From positions 26,105-90,104 of the forward strand of contig CBDCPJ010000051.1 of assembly GCA_965220165.1 (NCBI GenBank): a stretch of DNA of 64,000 bases, in the 5' to 3' direction. The notes beneath the pieces were generated by a model. It was given only the letters and a program-made list of their open reading frames with translations, searched no databases and had not been told where the DNA came from. Each line of letters starts with the position of its first letter. Within the stretch, counting starts at the first letter, position 1. Both the position numbers and the translations under genes were made by a program. Positions 28,728 to 39,933 of this stretch are shown here, in pieces. This stretch comes from Spirochaetia bacterium. Its GTDB lineage: Bacteria; Spirochaetota; Spirochaetia; G963692905.

Positions 28728-30206
28728 ATGTCAGTACGTGTACGCTATGCCCCTTCGCCAACCGGTTTGCAACATATCGGCGGCGCCCGAACCGCGCTGT
28801 TCAATTTTCTCTTTGCCCGTTCTCAAGGCGGAACCTTCATCACTCGTATAGAAGACACCGATCGCGAACGTTTTGATCCCGCGGCGGAGCAAGATATCTA
28901 CGAGATGCTTGAATGGTTGGGCATATCTCCCGACGAAGGGCCTAGGCAAGGCGGCGATCATGGACCATATGTCCAGTCTCGCCGCAAAGATATCTACCAT
29001 ACTTACATTCAAAAGCTCTTAGAACAAGGCGACGCCTATCACGCGTACGAAACGCCCGAAGAAATAGCGGAACTTCGCGCGGCGACAAAAGGATATGACC
29101 GGCGCGGGCGCGATATGCCCCCAGAAGAATGCCGTCGACGCGCCGAACAGGGCATCAAACCGGTCATCCGTTTTCGCGTGCCGATAGAAGGCAGCTCAAT
29201 TCTAGAAGACGCGATCGTAGGCGCAGTAAAACGCAAACACAAAGACATTATCGCCGATCCTATCATTATAAAATCAGATGGTTATCCAACTTACCACTTT
29301 GCCAATGTGATCGACGACCACCTGATGCGCATAACCCATGTGCTTCGATCCCAAGAGTGGCTGTCGTCCGCGCACCTTCACCTGCTTCTATATCGCGCAT
29401 TTGGTTGGCAAGCCCCAATCTTCGCTCATTTGCCGATAGTGCTGGGAAAAGATGGCCAAAAACTCTCCAAACGTCATGGATCCGTCGCCGTACAGCAATT
29501 TTGCCTGGATGGCTATCTCCCTAGCGCGCTGCTCAACCATATCGCCCTGCTCGGATGGTCGCTAGACGGCAGCCGCGAACAGTTTACTTTGCAAGAACTC
29601 TGCCGACATTTCTCGCTCGATCGCGTTCAGCGCTCGCCGGCAGTGTTCGATTATAAGAAACTCGATTGGTTTAACGGCATCGCCATTCGCGGCATAGGCG
29701 ACCAACGTCTCGAACAACTTCTCATCCCCTACCTAGCGTCAGATGGACTTATTGATGATCCGCCCTCCGCCAAACAGCGCCATATGCTTACCAACGCCAT
29801 CCCGCTCATCAAAGAGCGCCTAAAACGCTTGGGCGATATCTCGACAATGACGCGCTTTCTATTCCAGCAACCGCCCGCGCCCGCCCCAGCCGAATTATTA
29901 CCAAAGCGACTTGACGTATCGCAAGGCATCATCGTCCTCCAACAGACTAACCTCATCATATCGGACTCGTCTCAAAAGAGCGTCGATACGCTCCAACAAA
30001 AACTGCGCACTACCGCGGAGCACTATGAAATACGATTTCGAGACTGGATGATGATTCTGCGCATCGCAATCACCGGGACGCCGATTTCTCCGCCGTTGCT
30101 AGAATCGTGCGAACTCATAGGATGGGACGAGGTCAAAAAACGTTTGCGACAGGCCATCGGTACGTTGCGCCCTTCGGCGCCCGCCGACAACAGCGCAAAA
30201 AAATAG
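28728..30206 (+). CDS. gltX: Glutamyl-tRNA synthetase
   Basis: RYAPSPTGLQHIGG, RIEDTD, KLSKRHG. Confidence 0.96.
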   Translation: MSVRVRYAPSPTGLQHIGGARTALFNFLFARSQGGTFITRIEDTDRERFDPAAEQDIYEMLEWLGISPDEGPRQGGDHGPYVQSRRKDIYHTYIQKLLEQGDAYHAYETPEEIAELRAATKGYDRRGRDMPPEECRRRAEQGIKPVIRFRVPIEGSSILEDAIVGAVKRKHKDIIADPIIIKSDGYPTYHFANVIDDHLMRITHVLRSQEWLSSAHLHLLLYRAFGWQAPIFAHLPIVLGKDGQKLSKRHGSVAVQQFCLDGYLPSALLNHIALLGWSLDGSREQFTLQELCRHFSLDRVQRSPAVFDYKKLDWFNGIAIRGIGDQRLEQLLIPYLASDGLIDDPPSAKQRHMLTNAIPLIKERLKRLGDISTMTRFLFQQPPAPAPAELLPKRLDVSQGIIVLQQTNLIISDSSQKSVDTLQQKLRTTAEHYEIRFRDWMMILRIAITGTPISPPLLESCELIGWDEVKKRLRQAIGTLRPSAPADNSAKK

Positions 30207-30216
30207 CCCGTTATAT

Positions 30217-31239
30217 ATGACAGAGAAGCCTATGTGGCAAGAAATAATAGCCGGACGCGCCGACATCGACACCCGTTTGGATAAGGCGATACGTCGCCTT
30301 CTTCCTCAATGGACGCTTGGACATGTCTACGCCTCGCTACGACTTGGCAACGTAACGATCAATCGTCGCAAAGCCCGCCCAAACTACCGCCTAGCTGAAG
30401 GCGATACAATCGCAATCAAACTAGCCGACAACGAGGCGCTGTCGACCTCTCTCTCCACCGACGCCGCGCAGACGCCCGAAATCGAAAAAATCGCGTCGCA
30501 ATTGGATGTTATCTCGCATGATGACGAAGTCATCGCGATCAATAAACCGCGCGGCATTCTTGTGCATGGCGCGAATTCGCTGACCGACCAGGTGCAAGCC
30601 TACATAGAAACCGCCGAGCCGCATCGCGCGAACAAAAATGCGCTCACCTTTAGATCCGGCCCGCTCCACCGCATCGACCGCAATACAAGCGGCATCGTGC
30701 TATTTTCCGCCTCGCTTGCCGGAGCCCGCCGATATAGCCAGCTCTTCCGAGAGCACAAAATAGATAAGTATTACCTGGCATTGCTCCGCGGCACCGTCTC
30801 TGGTCGCGCTCGATGGAACGACCTATTGCAACGCGACAACATAAAAGGCGCAAGTGCGGTAACGACGCGCGGGCAAATCGCCAATACCGAGATCGTGCCG
30901 CTCCTCGATATGAAAACCACCGAAGGAAGCGCGACGCTCTGCCTTTGTAGAATCATAACTGGAAGAACGCATCAAATACGGGCGCAGGCCGCACATCATA
31001 AACATCCGCTATTGGGCGATCGAAAATATGGAGGATATAACAAACTTCGCCAATATCACTATCTTTTGCATGCCGTCGCATTGCGCGTACCGTCAGCCAC
31101 CAGTCAAGGAAGAAAAAAACTCTTATTCGCCCCGCCTCCCGACAATTTCTCCGATCGCCTGCATCCGCTGTTTGGTCCAAAAATTTTCAAACTCTTTCAA
31201 AGATTGCCTCGAACAATAGTCAATTGGTCACGAATATGA
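30217..31239 (+). CDS. RluA/RluC-family pseudouridine synthase with S4 domain
   Basis: RLDK, INKPRG, HRIDRNTSG, TGRTHQIR, LHA. Confidence 0.92.
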   Translation: MTEKPMWQEIIAGRADIDTRLDKAIRRLLPQWTLGHVYASLRLGNVTINRRKARPNYRLAEGDTIAIKLADNEALSTSLSTDAAQTPEIEKIASQLDVISHDDEVIAINKPRGILVHGANSLTDQVQAYIETAEPHRANKNALTFRSGPLHRIDRNTSGIVLFSASLAGARRYSQLFREHKIDKYYLALLRGTVSGRARWNDLLQRDNIKGASAVTTRGQIANTEIVPLLDMKTTEGSATLCLCRIITGRTHQIRAQAAHHKHPLLGDRKYGGYNKLRQYHYLLHAVALRVPSATSQGRKKLLFAPPPDNFSDRLHPLFGPKIFKLFQRLPRTIVNWSRI

Positions 31240-31253
31240 TAAGATAACCGACT

Positions 31254-32126
31254 ATGCCATTTTTTTCAAAAATCACTTGGCTATTTCGCCGCATAAAGAT
31301 CTATGCGCTTGTTGGAAAGAGCGGAAGCGGAAAGAGTTTTCGCGCGCATCTTTTGATGGAAAAATATGGCATCGAGCTATTGATAGACGATGGTTTGCTC
31401 ATTGAAAAAAACAAGATTATCGCCGGCAAATCAGCAAAACGCGCCTCTAATCCTATCGAGGCTGTCGGAGTGGCCATCTTTGAGAGCACACTGCATCGAC
31501 TAGAAATAAAAAAGGCGTTGCGCCATTTGTCGTTCAAACGAATTTTAATCTTGGGAACTTCAAAACGAATGATCGATAGGATAACGACGGCTCTCGACCT
31601 ACCGTCCCCGTATAAAATAGTAACTATCGAAGATGTCGCCAGCGATAGCGATATAAAAACGGCAATAGAACATCGAACTATGCATGGAAGCCATGTTATA
31701 CCGGTACCAGCGATTGAGGTACGGAAACGCGCTCCCAATATGCTTGTCCATTCATTAGAGATAATAGTGAAAAAAGGATTTGGCATTTTCCATCGAAAAA
31801 AGGCAATCGAAAAAAGTCTGGTGCGCCCGCAATATGGCAATAGGGGAAAAATACAGATAAGTTCCGAGGCGCTCAGTCAAATGACCTTGCACTGCGTCCA
31901 CGAGTTCGATAGCGAAATTATCGTGCAAAAATTTAGAGTAGACGATCTTCAAGAGGGATATGAAATAGAACTTTTTGTATCGCTCCCCTACAATAAGCCG
32001 AATATGAAGGCTTTGCCCGATCTGCAGCAATATATCGCAGACCATATAGAACAATATACAGGAATATTCATAAAGAAATTAGACATAATTATCGATAAGT
32101 TGGATAGGAGGGACACTAATTCGTGA
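31254..32126 (+). CDS. P-loop NTPase-like protein with Asp23/Gls24-like C-terminal domain
   Basis: GKSGSGKS, IDDGLLI, HVIPVP; C-terminal GKIQIS…LQQYIADHIEQYTG. Confidence 0.7.
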   Translation: MPFFSKITWLFRRIKIYALVGKSGSGKSFRAHLLMEKYGIELLIDDGLLIEKNKIIAGKSAKRASNPIEAVGVAIFESTLHRLEIKKALRHLSFKRILILGTSKRMIDRITTALDLPSPYKIVTIEDVASDSDIKTAIEHRTMHGSHVIPVPAIEVRKRAPNMLVHSLEIIVKKGFGIFHRKKAIEKSLVRPQYGNRGKIQISSEALSQMTLHCVHEFDSEIIVQKFRVDDLQEGYEIELFVSLPYNKPNMKALPDLQQYIADHIEQYTGIFIKKLDIIIDKLDRRDTNS

Positions 32127-33373
32127 AAAGAATAATTATTTTGGCACTCGCTCTAACCATCTGCGCTTCTTTATTTGCGCAAGAGAGTAGAACCGACACA
32201 CTATACGTAACTGAGTATTATAGGATTGAACACGACCGCGACCCAGCGTTCGCTATGGAGGTTGGAAGCAGATTAGACTCGCTATTTCCCATATATAACC
32301 GCTATTTTCAATTTGATACGGAACAAATCGATCATCGACTGAGGGTAAGGATTCTTTCAGACAGAAGAAGTTACAATACCTATCTATCAAATACAATTGG
32401 GGCGCCTCGAGAAGATTTCACCTATATACATTACAACGATCCAACCCGTAATAACCTATTGATATTTCGCGGCAACGAAAGTTTTGAACGTTCGCTCGTA
32501 CACCAAGGATTTGTGCAGTTTATCCACGCATTTATTGCCAATCCCCCATTTTGGCTTAGAGAGGGCTTCGCTATCTTCATTGAAGCGGCATTATATGACG
32601 AAGAGTTTAGAAACTACCTTGAAACCGAGAACTACGCATGGCTTGGCAACCTAAAAGATATATTCGCCGGCCGCGGCAATCGACCGCTATCGTTAACCGC
32701 AATGCTCAACGCCGATCTTACCACCGCGCGCAACCGTATTGATGTTTTCTATCCGCAAGCCTGGGGACTCATTAGTTTTCTATTGCAATCAGATGACATT
32801 ATGATCAACCGTCTATTCTGGGATTCGATTAGCGCGCTGATACCCGACGCCACGCTTGAAGAAAATGTGGAAGCGGTTCACCAGGCGGCATTTCGTTGGG
32901 TTGATCCCGACGAATTTACCGGTCGTATGGTAGAATATATCAACAGCCGCCTCACCTTTCGCGAATCGGTAGAAATGGGCATCGCATCATACGAAGACGG
33001 CGATCTCCCAGAAGCTACGGAGCTCTTTTCGCAATCGCTGAACATTCGCTCGGACAATTTTATCCCCTACTACTACTTAGGACTTATTAACTATGATGGC
33101 GAAAATTATGACCTTGCTGAATACTACTATTCTGAAGCCGGAAGCACTCTAGCGCAATCAGAAACTGCCAGCAGATCGGGAAGTAATCGCGCGCTCGTGC
33201 TTTTTGCCAGGGGGGTAAACGCCTACGCCGCCGATGACTTTGTCGCCGCCGAAACCTTCCTGCAAGATGCCGTTGATTTAGATTTCACCTATCGAGAAGA
33301 CGCGAACCAACTGATCGAATCGATCGTCCATTCTCGGACGCTGGATGAAACAATACGCATAGACGACCGATAG
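32123..33373 (+). CDS. Exported protein with zincin/DUF1570-like domain and TPRs
   Basis: Signal peptide; PFWLREGFA and FYPQAW; degenerate HQGFVQ in place of HExxH; TPR C-terminus. Confidence 0.65.
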   Translation: MKRIIILALALTICASLFAQESRTDTLYVTEYYRIEHDRDPAFAMEVGSRLDSLFPIYNRYFQFDTEQIDHRLRVRILSDRRSYNTYLSNTIGAPREDFTYIHYNDPTRNNLLIFRGNESFERSLVHQGFVQFIHAFIANPPFWLREGFAIFIEAALYDEEFRNYLETENYAWLGNLKDIFAGRGNRPLSLTAMLNADLTTARNRIDVFYPQAWGLISFLLQSDDIMINRLFWDSISALIPDATLEENVEAVHQAAFRWVDPDEFTGRMVEYINSRLTFRESVEMGIASYEDGDLPEATELFSQSLNIRSDNFIPYYYLGLINYDGENYDLAEYYYSEAGSTLAQSETASRSGSNRALVLFARGVNAYAADDFVAAETFLQDAVDLDFTYREDANQLIESIVHSRTLDETIRIDDR

Positions 33374-33496
33374 CAAGCAAGAACGAGTTGTGCCGCTTCG
33401 CGCGCATTCGCCGCCCCGTCGGGATTGGGGGCGGCCGCCCCCGCGACGGCGCGCGGCGTCTCGTGCCGCAGACGCGCGTATTGTGTCGCTAACCCG

Positions 33497-34603
33497 CTAC
33501 GACGTTTTCGCCGAAGATCGTCGCCTTCGACGTCGTGCTCGTTGACGATTAGGCACAGATCGCATTGTATGAAATTCGCTTTGGACTGAATCCTTGCCAT
33601 ATAAAATAATGCGTATCGCCAATTCTACCTCTACATTGGGAGGCGTAATTGGTTGAATAAGAAACTTGACGGCATCGAACGCATGATCGAACGACTCATT
33701 GTGTTCATCGACAAACGTGCGAATATAGTAGGACAGCGCCTCGTATCGATGTATTGAGCCATCTTTCCGCAAATCCTCGTCCAGTTCGCGAATCGCCCGC
33801 ATAAACGCTTCGCCCATCTTTTTGCCGCCCTTTTTTACCCGCGCATCCACATTAGGTTGTATAAACTGAAGGATATCAAATCGCATAAAAACATCAAAAA
33901 TGGCGGCCATATGTCCCGAAAGCAATATTTTAAAAAACTCTTCGGTAATTCGCGAGCGAGAGCATTTGGCCAATAGGTTCGCGGAGCGCTTAATATGCTT
34001 CCACAGTATCTTGCCGGGATTTAAATTTCCTATAATCGAATATTTGATCGCCCGCAATATTCGCACCGGATCCTCAAGAAATATCCTATCCAGCGGAATG
34101 ATGGGTTGCAGACGACGTTTTTTGATATCGACCACCCCGTCGACATAATCGATGATGGCCTCCTCGTCTGGATCATACATCAACGCGTTGACGGTAAAAT
34201 CCCTGCGTTTTACATCTTGCTCGATCGTGCCGTATTGGTTGACAAAATTATCGGCGCTATCAGAGCGAAATGTGGCCAACTCGATAATCTTATTATCCCG
34301 AAAAAATACATGCACCAAACGAAATCTCCGCCCGATAATACGCGAGTTCCTAAAAATACGCCGAATGCGATTGGGGGTAGCGTCGGTAGCGACATCAAAA
34401 TCCTTTGGCACTTTCTGCAACAGAAGATCGCGAACCGCGCCGCCAACAATATAGGCCTCATATCCAGCGGCGCGCAGACGGCTGATAATATTCAACACAT
34501 CTGGGTCTATATCGTCATTGCTTATAATATGCTCTTGCGCCGTATAGATTCGAGCCTTTGTTATCAACTCACCCGCCTCTGACATCTGGTAGCGCACCCG
34601 CAT
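33497..34603 (-). CDS. pcnB: Poly(A) polymerase I
   Basis: VGGAVRD, PKDFD, PAP signature IIGRRFRLVHV, RRDFTVN, EDPVRILRA, basic tail. Confidence 0.92.
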   Translation of the reverse strand: MRVRYQMSEAGELITKARIYTAQEHIISNDDIDPDVLNIISRLRAAGYEAYIVGGAVRDLLLQKVPKDFDVATDATPNRIRRIFRNSRIIGRRFRLVHVFFRDNKIIELATFRSDSADNFVNQYGTIEQDVKRRDFTVNALMYDPDEEAIIDYVDGVVDIKKRRLQPIIPLDRIFLEDPVRILRAIKYSIIGNLNPGKILWKHIKRSANLLAKCSRSRITEEFFKILLSGHMAAIFDVFMRFDILQFIQPNVDARVKKGGKKMGEAFMRAIRELDEDLRKDGSIHRYEALSYYIRTFVDEHNESFDHAFDAVKFLIQPITPPNVEVELAIRIILYGKDSVQSEFHTMRSVPNRQRARRRRRRSSAKTS

Positions 34604-34761
34604 CGACGAATTGTATCACATCGCGCCGCATCATTCAAGCGATTATCCGCCTAAAATAGCCCCGAATATATTTGGGGGAGGGGGGATACCGCGCAACCCA
34701 GCGTTGCCGACAACACACCCCAAAGCCTCTCCCATACAATGAAATTTCGCCCGATACCGCT

Positions 34762-34900
34762 GTCTCCCCCCTGCCTCCAGCCCGCCCGCGCCCGTCGCTA
34801 TTCAGACATAGCGCCGTACGCGGGCGGGCTTCCGGGCACCCCCCTCTGCGGGCGCCAAATCCCATCCGAAAAACGGGGCAGTCGCGGCCCGCAACGCCCG
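34762..34900 (+). repeat. GC-rich dispersed intergenic repeat, family A
   Basis: GTCTCCCCCCTGC, GCACCCCCCTCTGCGGGCGCC and GTCGCGGCCCGCAACGCCCG match the 23082-23235 copy. Confidence 0.75.
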
Positions 34901-34960
34901 CCCCCCAGAATTAGCTAACCGCCTGTCGTCCAAAGACGCGAACGACATAAACGCGCGTCG

Positions 34961-36376
34961 TTAAATATCATAGTAGAGCGCGTACTCCCATGGGTGCGGA
35001 CGCAACGCAATCGCCGCCACCTCGTTCTCCATTTTATATTGTATCCATGTCTCTACCACATCCTCGGTAAACACATCGCCATGCAAAAGAAATTGATAAT
35101 CGTCGGCCAACGCGTTCAACGCGGCGCGAAGCGAATCTGGCGTTTTATTAATGTGTTTTGCCTCTTGCGGCGGAAGATCATAGATATCCTTATCGAGAGG
35201 ATCGCCGGGATCAATCTTATTCCGTATGCCATCGATAATAGCCATAAGCATTGCGGAAAATGCCAAATATGGGTTGCACGAAGGATCGGGACAACGGAAT
35301 TCGAATCGCTTGGCGTTCGCCGAATGCGAATACATCGGTATGCGAATAGCCGCGCTGCGATTTCGCCGAGAATAGGCAAGATTCACCGGTGCTTCGTACC
35401 CCGGAACCAACCGTTTATAGCTATTAGTAGTAGGATTGGTAAATGCGAGCAACGCGGGAGCATGCTTCAACATGCCGCCGATGGCATATCTTGCGATCTC
35501 TGAAATGCCAGCGTATCCGCTCCCATAAAAGAGATTTTTATCCTCTTTCCACAACGATATATGGGTATGCATACCGCTCCCATTATCGTTCCAGATCGGC
35601 TTAGGCATAAATGTCACCGTCTTGCCTCGCGAAAGCGCGGTATTTTTGACGATATATTTATAGATAAGCAAACGATCGGCCATCAACATCAACGGCGCGA
35701 AACGCATATCAATCTCGCACTGCCCTCCGGTCGCCACCTCATGGTGGTGGGTCTCAACTTCGAGCCCCGTCGCCAGCATCTGCACCACCATCTCGCTCCG
35801 AATATCATGCAGACTATCGGAAGGAGGAACCGGAAAATATCCCTCTTTATAGCGCGGCTTATACCCTAAGTTCGGCGATTCGTCCGCGCCGCTATTCCAT
35901 CTCCCCTCTTTAGAATCAAGGTGATAGTAGCCCTCATGTTCATTTTGATCAAAACGAACATCGTCGAAAATAAAAAATTCCGCCTCCGCCCCATAGTAGG
36001 CGATATCAGCGATACCGGTTGATTTGAGGTAGCTTTCGGCCTTCCGCGCAATGTTGCGAGGATCGCGCGTATAATCTTCGCCGGTTATTGGATCGCAAAT
36101 ATTTCCAATAATCACTAGCGTCTTATGTTCGGTAAATGGATCGATAAACGCGGTGCTCGCCTCCGGTTTTACCAGCATATCCGATTCATTGATCGATTGC
36201 CATCCGCGAATACTTGAACCATCAAACCCCAACCCCTCTACAAACGAATCTTTTGTTAATTGTCTGGCTGGAATGGTAAAATGTTGCCATATTCCGGGAA
36301 AATCCATAAATCGTATATCCACCATAACGATCTTGTTATGCGATATTGTCTTCAAAACTTCTTCAGATGTCTTCAT
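34961..36376 (-). CDS. glnA: Glutamine synthetase type I
   Basis: FDGSSI, HHEVA, FMPKP…[19 protein letters not shown], adenylylation-site-like DIYDLP. Confidence 0.97.
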   Translation of the reverse strand: MKTSEEVLKTISHNKIVMVDIRFMDFPGIWQHFTIPARQLTKDSFVEGLGFDGSSIRGWQSINESDMLVKPEASTAFIDPFTEHKTLVIIGNICDPITGEDYTRDPRNIARKAESYLKSTGIADIAYYGAEAEFFIFDDVRFDQNEHEGYYHLDSKEGRWNSGADESPNLGYKPRYKEGYFPVPPSDSLHDIRSEMVVQMLATGLEVETHHHEVATGGQCEIDMRFAPLMLMADRLLIYKYIVKNTALSRGKTVTFMPKPIWNDNGSGMHTHISLWKEDKNLFYGSGYAGISEIARYAIGGMLKHAPALLAFTNPTTNSYKRLVPGYEAPVNLAYSRRNRSAAIRIPMYSHSANAKRFEFRCPDPSCNPYLAFSAMLMAIIDGIRNKIDPGDPLDKDIYDLPPQEAKHINKTPDSLRAALNALADDYQFLLHGDVFTEDVVETWIQYKMENEVAAIALRPHPWEYALYYDI

Positions 36377-36425
36377 CTTGTCCCTCCATGAAAATAAAAT
36401 AACATTGTTTCAACTATAAATACGA

Positions 36426-37322
36426 TTATGTATCGTATGCGCGATTAGATATTATTTTGTATTTTTTTATAAAATCAACCGGACGATAGGTCATTTTTGC
36501 CTGTCGCAACCCCGGATCTCCCAAATCTTGCTCTCTATTGATCAGCGTATAGTGCTTGGGCAAAATAGTGGCGAACGCCTTATTAAGAAACTGATAGACG
36601 CCTTTGTAGGCAACGATTGCCTTTTCAAAATGCACAAGAAAAACACTGCCTCGATCTAACGACTCCCCAAGAATAAATGCCGCCGGAACATCGTCTACCG
36701 TTACTAAATAACCGCATTGTTGCAACGTTTCAATGTTCTCCAGCGCCTCCAACGCGCTATAATAATCGCCATCTCCGTCTTGATCGGCATGCCACTGTTT
36801 CAGCACCTCAAACGCTCCAGAAATATTATCGAACGATAGCGGCTCTTCTTTGTACTTGTAATTGTTGATAAACACATTCACTTGATTGCGTTTTTTATGA
36901 TACAGCCGCCCCGAAAGATTGGCGAGCAAATCTCGGGAATAGATGTAGTCGAAATTATCGCGATCTTCTTCTATAGAAAAGCCCAATCGTTCCAACCGCT
37001 CAAATTCTTGATCCACAATTCGTTGCGGCGCGCCTTTGATATAATCGCATTCCGAAAGAATCGCGCGCAGCGCGCTGTCACCCTCAGGCAGACGCTCTGG
37101 CAACATAGCAAACCGGCGACCGCTTTTTTCGTTCCCAAAAATAACAATGCAATTATCTTCGGTATACCCTACTTTGTAATCATATTGTTTTCGAAAAAGA
37201 TAGAGATTGGCGAATGTATATTCGGAAATATAGTCTGTAAGAACGCAGAGACGATCGTCCAATTGATCGCGCATATCCAGTGAGACAGGACGCGCGTTAA
37301 TCGCGAGAGACGATCTATGCAC
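36426..37322 (-). CDS. DUF2156 / lysyl-PG synthase C-terminal-like protein
   Basis: SEYTFANL, DRDNFDYIY, LSGRLYHKKRN, HFEKA, INREQDLG…LRQAK. Confidence 0.85.
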   Translation of the reverse strand: MHRSSLAINARPVSLDMRDQLDDRLCVLTDYISEYTFANLYLFRKQYDYKVGYTEDNCIVIFGNEKSGRRFAMLPERLPEGDSALRAILSECDYIKGAPQRIVDQEFERLERLGFSIEEDRDNFDYIYSRDLLANLSGRLYHKKRNQVNVFINNYKYKEEPLSFDNISGAFEVLKQWHADQDGDGDYYSALEALENIETLQQCGYLVTVDDVPAAFILGESLDRGSVFLVHFEKAIVAYKGVYQFLNKAFATILPKHYTLINREQDLGDPGLRQAKMTYRPVDFIKKYKIISNRAYDT

Positions 37323-37400
37323 AGTAGCCGGCCATTCTCGTTAAGCCGATGCCGCGCGGCAGACCCGCGCCGCATTCGCCGTTGCCATAGCGAAATATCG

Positions 37401-37856
37401 CTAACAATTCGCCAGCACCACTGGGGCGTTCATCGTAACGATAGCGTTCCCCTCCACCATAACGGGCAATTTTTCTTCCGGCATGCATCCGCCGACGCTC
37501 CTCGCATCTACAAGATAGCCTTCGGCGGGCACATCAAAAAAAACAAATGAGCCGTCCTTTTCGCTAGCGGCAGGCCAGCACGCCGTTCCGCATAAGAGAA
37601 TATTTGCCTCTACGCCATTGCCGTCAGCGTCGACAATCATACCATAGACGGTTCCCGTATCCTGTTGCGTATCAAACGCAAAATCGCCGCCCAATAGCAA
37701 CGTATCCTCTACTTCCGCAGAATTGAATCCCGCCGGCTCAACCTGTCGACTGGGCGATCGATCGAAAATGCCTGCCGCCATGAGCGTCGCCGCTGTTATC
37801 GCGACAACGCCAATCAATAGGCTGACAACCGCAATAGGCTTATATCGTCTAGTCAT
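37401..37856 (-). CDS. Membrane-anchored protein with carboxypeptidase-regulatory-like beta domain
   Basis: N-terminal transmembrane segment; GTVYGMIVDADG…DGSF…VPAEGY pattern. Confidence 0.6.
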   Translation of the reverse strand: MTRRYKPIAVVSLLIGVVAITAATLMAAGIFDRSPSRQVEPAGFNSAEVEDTLLLGGDFAFDTQQDTGTVYGMIVDADGNGVEANILLCGTACWPAASEKDGSFVFFDVPAEGYLVDARSVGGCMPEEKLPVMVEGNAIVTMNAPVVLANC

Positions 37857-38628
37857 TTGCTAATAGAGGCTTTCCGGTAGCCGCTACAATATGCCAATTG
37901 GATTGCGCCTGCGCAAATGCGATGATGTCGGCGTTTGCCCTATTCAAATCGTCTGGCAACGCGATAGTAACAGTCCCAGACTGTTGAGGAGAAACCCACT
38001 CCACCGCTCGCGCCGCGTTGGTGTGCAAGAGCGTTCGACCGGCATTCTCTCCGCGCAGGATAGCGTTTTTTATGCCGCTCTCCACAACCACCAATGCGAG
38101 CATAGCGTCGCGAGGAACGGAATCGATCGAATATTCCACCGTAAGAAGATCGCCGTCCACCGTAGAATCGATATCGATGGTAGTCGTCGCGCTATTTTGT
38201 ATGGTCGCGCGCGCGGCTCTATCTGCCAGAGCGAAACGTTGCGCGGGGCGGATAATCTCTTGGCCATTTAACACCATCTGAGGCGTATAGACTCTAGACG
38301 GAAGCTTTGCGGCGTATCGACGCTGCCGCAATGTATAGTCGGGATGCGCAAATCGGTCCTTCCAACCAAGATAATCCCAATAATCGACATGCCAAGCGAT
38401 CGTATAGATCGGCGAGTCGTTCTGTTTTGCCTCTTGTTGCAATCGAGTTACCACATCGTCGGCTCGAGGGCAACTGCTACACCCTTCGGATGTGAATAGT
38501 TCCACCAACGCAAAACCAGAGGCGGCATTGCCGTCACTTTCATATTGCGGGGACGCGTACGAAATTCCTGCAATTCCGCCAAAAAATATAATCAGTATAT
38601 AGAGAGCGAATGAGTATAATTTCATCAT
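37849..38628 (-). CDS. DUF1223 thioredoxin-like secreted protein
   Basis: ELFTSEGCSSCP, HVDYWDYLGWKD, YTPQ, GENAGR. Confidence 0.92.
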   Translation of the reverse strand: MMKLYSFALYILIIFFGGIAGISYASPQYESDGNAASGFALVELFTSEGCSSCPRADDVVTRLQQEAKQNDSPIYTIAWHVDYWDYLGWKDRFAHPDYTLRQRRYAAKLPSRVYTPQMVLNGQEIIRPAQRFALADRAARATIQNSATTTIDIDSTVDGDLLTVEYSIDSVPRDAMLALVVVESGIKNAILRGENAGRTLLHTNAARAVEWVSPQQSGTVTIALPDDLNRANADIIAFAQAQSNWHIVAATGKPLLAND

Positions 38629-38685
38629 ATTTTCAGTATATACAAATATTTTATACTATTCTACTACTATAATTCTATACCATAT

Positions 38686-39450
38686 TTACTCAGACGACCG
38701 CATATGTTCATCCGCGATATCCCTTAACCCCCGAAGCGTAAGCAATGGCTCAATCCCGCCTATCTCTGCTATATTCGGAGCGAACAGCGAGGCTCCTCCG
38801 CCCGTGGCGATAACTTGAGCGGGGCTCTGTATCTCCTCTTTTATGCCGGCGATGAGCTGTTTAACCATACCGCAATACCCAAAAAATACCCCAGAACGAA
38901 CGGCTTCCGGAGTGTCTTGCCCCAAATAGCGACGGGGGAACTGCCCCGTAATAGCGGGAATTTGGGCGGTGCCCTCGCTCAGAGACTGTAGCATAAGAAA
39001 TGGGCTGGGCGCGATCGTAACACCTTGCACAGCGCCATCTCTATTGGCCGCGATCATAGTAAGCGCCGTCCCAAAATCTACGACGATAACGGCATCGCGA
39101 ACTTGACAATAGGCCGCGGCGGCATTGGCGACCAGATCGATTCCAATAATATCAAGCGATCGCGGCGGGATGGAAATAGTATGAGCCATACGCGCCGTAA
39201 TTTGTATCGCTCGCGTACCGGTCAGCGATTGCAACGCATTCTTGACCCGCTCGGTTACCAACGGCACTACGCTACCAATCGCGATATAATCAACGCCATC
39301 AACGGGGCAATGCGAATCGCAAAGCCGAGCAAGCAACGTTTCCTCGCTTATTTCGTCGCGAACAGGGATAGATAGCTTCCACACCAAATCGTCGTTATCG
39401 AATACCGCGACATTGATATTGGTATTACCAATATTTGCAATTAGCACCAT
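38686..39450 (-). CDS. coaX: Type III pantothenate kinase
   Basis: IGNTN, SVVP, GIDLVAN, VVDFGTA, ATGG. Confidence 0.9.
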   Translation of the reverse strand: MVLIANIGNTNINVAVFDNDDLVWKLSIPVRDEISEETLLARLCDSHCPVDGVDYIAIGSVVPLVTERVKNALQSLTGTRAIQITARMAHTISIPPRSLDIIGIDLVANAAAAYCQVRDAVIVVDFGTALTMIAANRDGAVQGVTIAPSPFLMLQSLSEGTAQIPAITGQFPRRYLGQDTPEAVRSGVFFGYCGMVKQLIAGIKEEIQSPAQVIATGGGASLFAPNIAEIGGIEPLLTLRGLRDIADEHMRSSE

Positions 39451-39480
39451 AGATAGAAATTAAATACAACCCGTCAAAAT

Positions 39481-39513
39481 AAGAAAAAGGCGGGATATCA
39501 TTATCCCACCTTT
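39481..39513 (-). terminator. Intrinsic terminator after hup
   Basis: Minus strand reads AAAGGTGGGATA-atga-TATCCCGCCTTTTTCTT. Confidence 0.7.
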
Positions 39514-39540
39514 AAAAAATTCGCAACAAAAACGATATTG

Positions 39541-39825
39541 TTATTTCGAATTTGAAGAAACTGCGTCTTTCAGTAGTTTCCCAGGTCGAAACTTAGGAAC
39601 AACCGTTGCCGGAATCTCTATCTTCGCGCCAGTCTGAGGGTTATGGCCCGGTCGAGCTTTGCGCTGTACCGATTCAAATGTTCCAAAACCAACCAACGTA
39701 ACACGTCCGCCTTCCGATAAGGTGTTGGTAATACTGGTGATTATACCATTTAGCACCTTTGAAACTACAGCTTTAGACTCTTCGGTCTCTAAAGCGACAC
39801 TATCAACTAAATCTGCCTTGTTCAT
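39541..39825 (-). CDS. hup: Histone-like DNA-binding protein HU
   Basis: MNKADLV, GFGTF, GHNPQTG, PKFRPGK; GGAGG RBS. Confidence 0.95.
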   Translation of the reverse strand: MNKADLVDSVALETEESKAVVSKVLNGIITSITNTLSEGGRVTLVGFGTFESVQRKARPGHNPQTGAKIEIPATVVPKFRPGKLLKDAVSSNSK

Positions 39826-39933
39826 ATAATTTCCTCCGTTTATTTTACTCTGCTCTTTAGATATCATCGGATAAAAGGGACTGTTTCTATACCATTTTTC
39901 CAAACATCCATAGGATAAATATTAGCAATAAAA

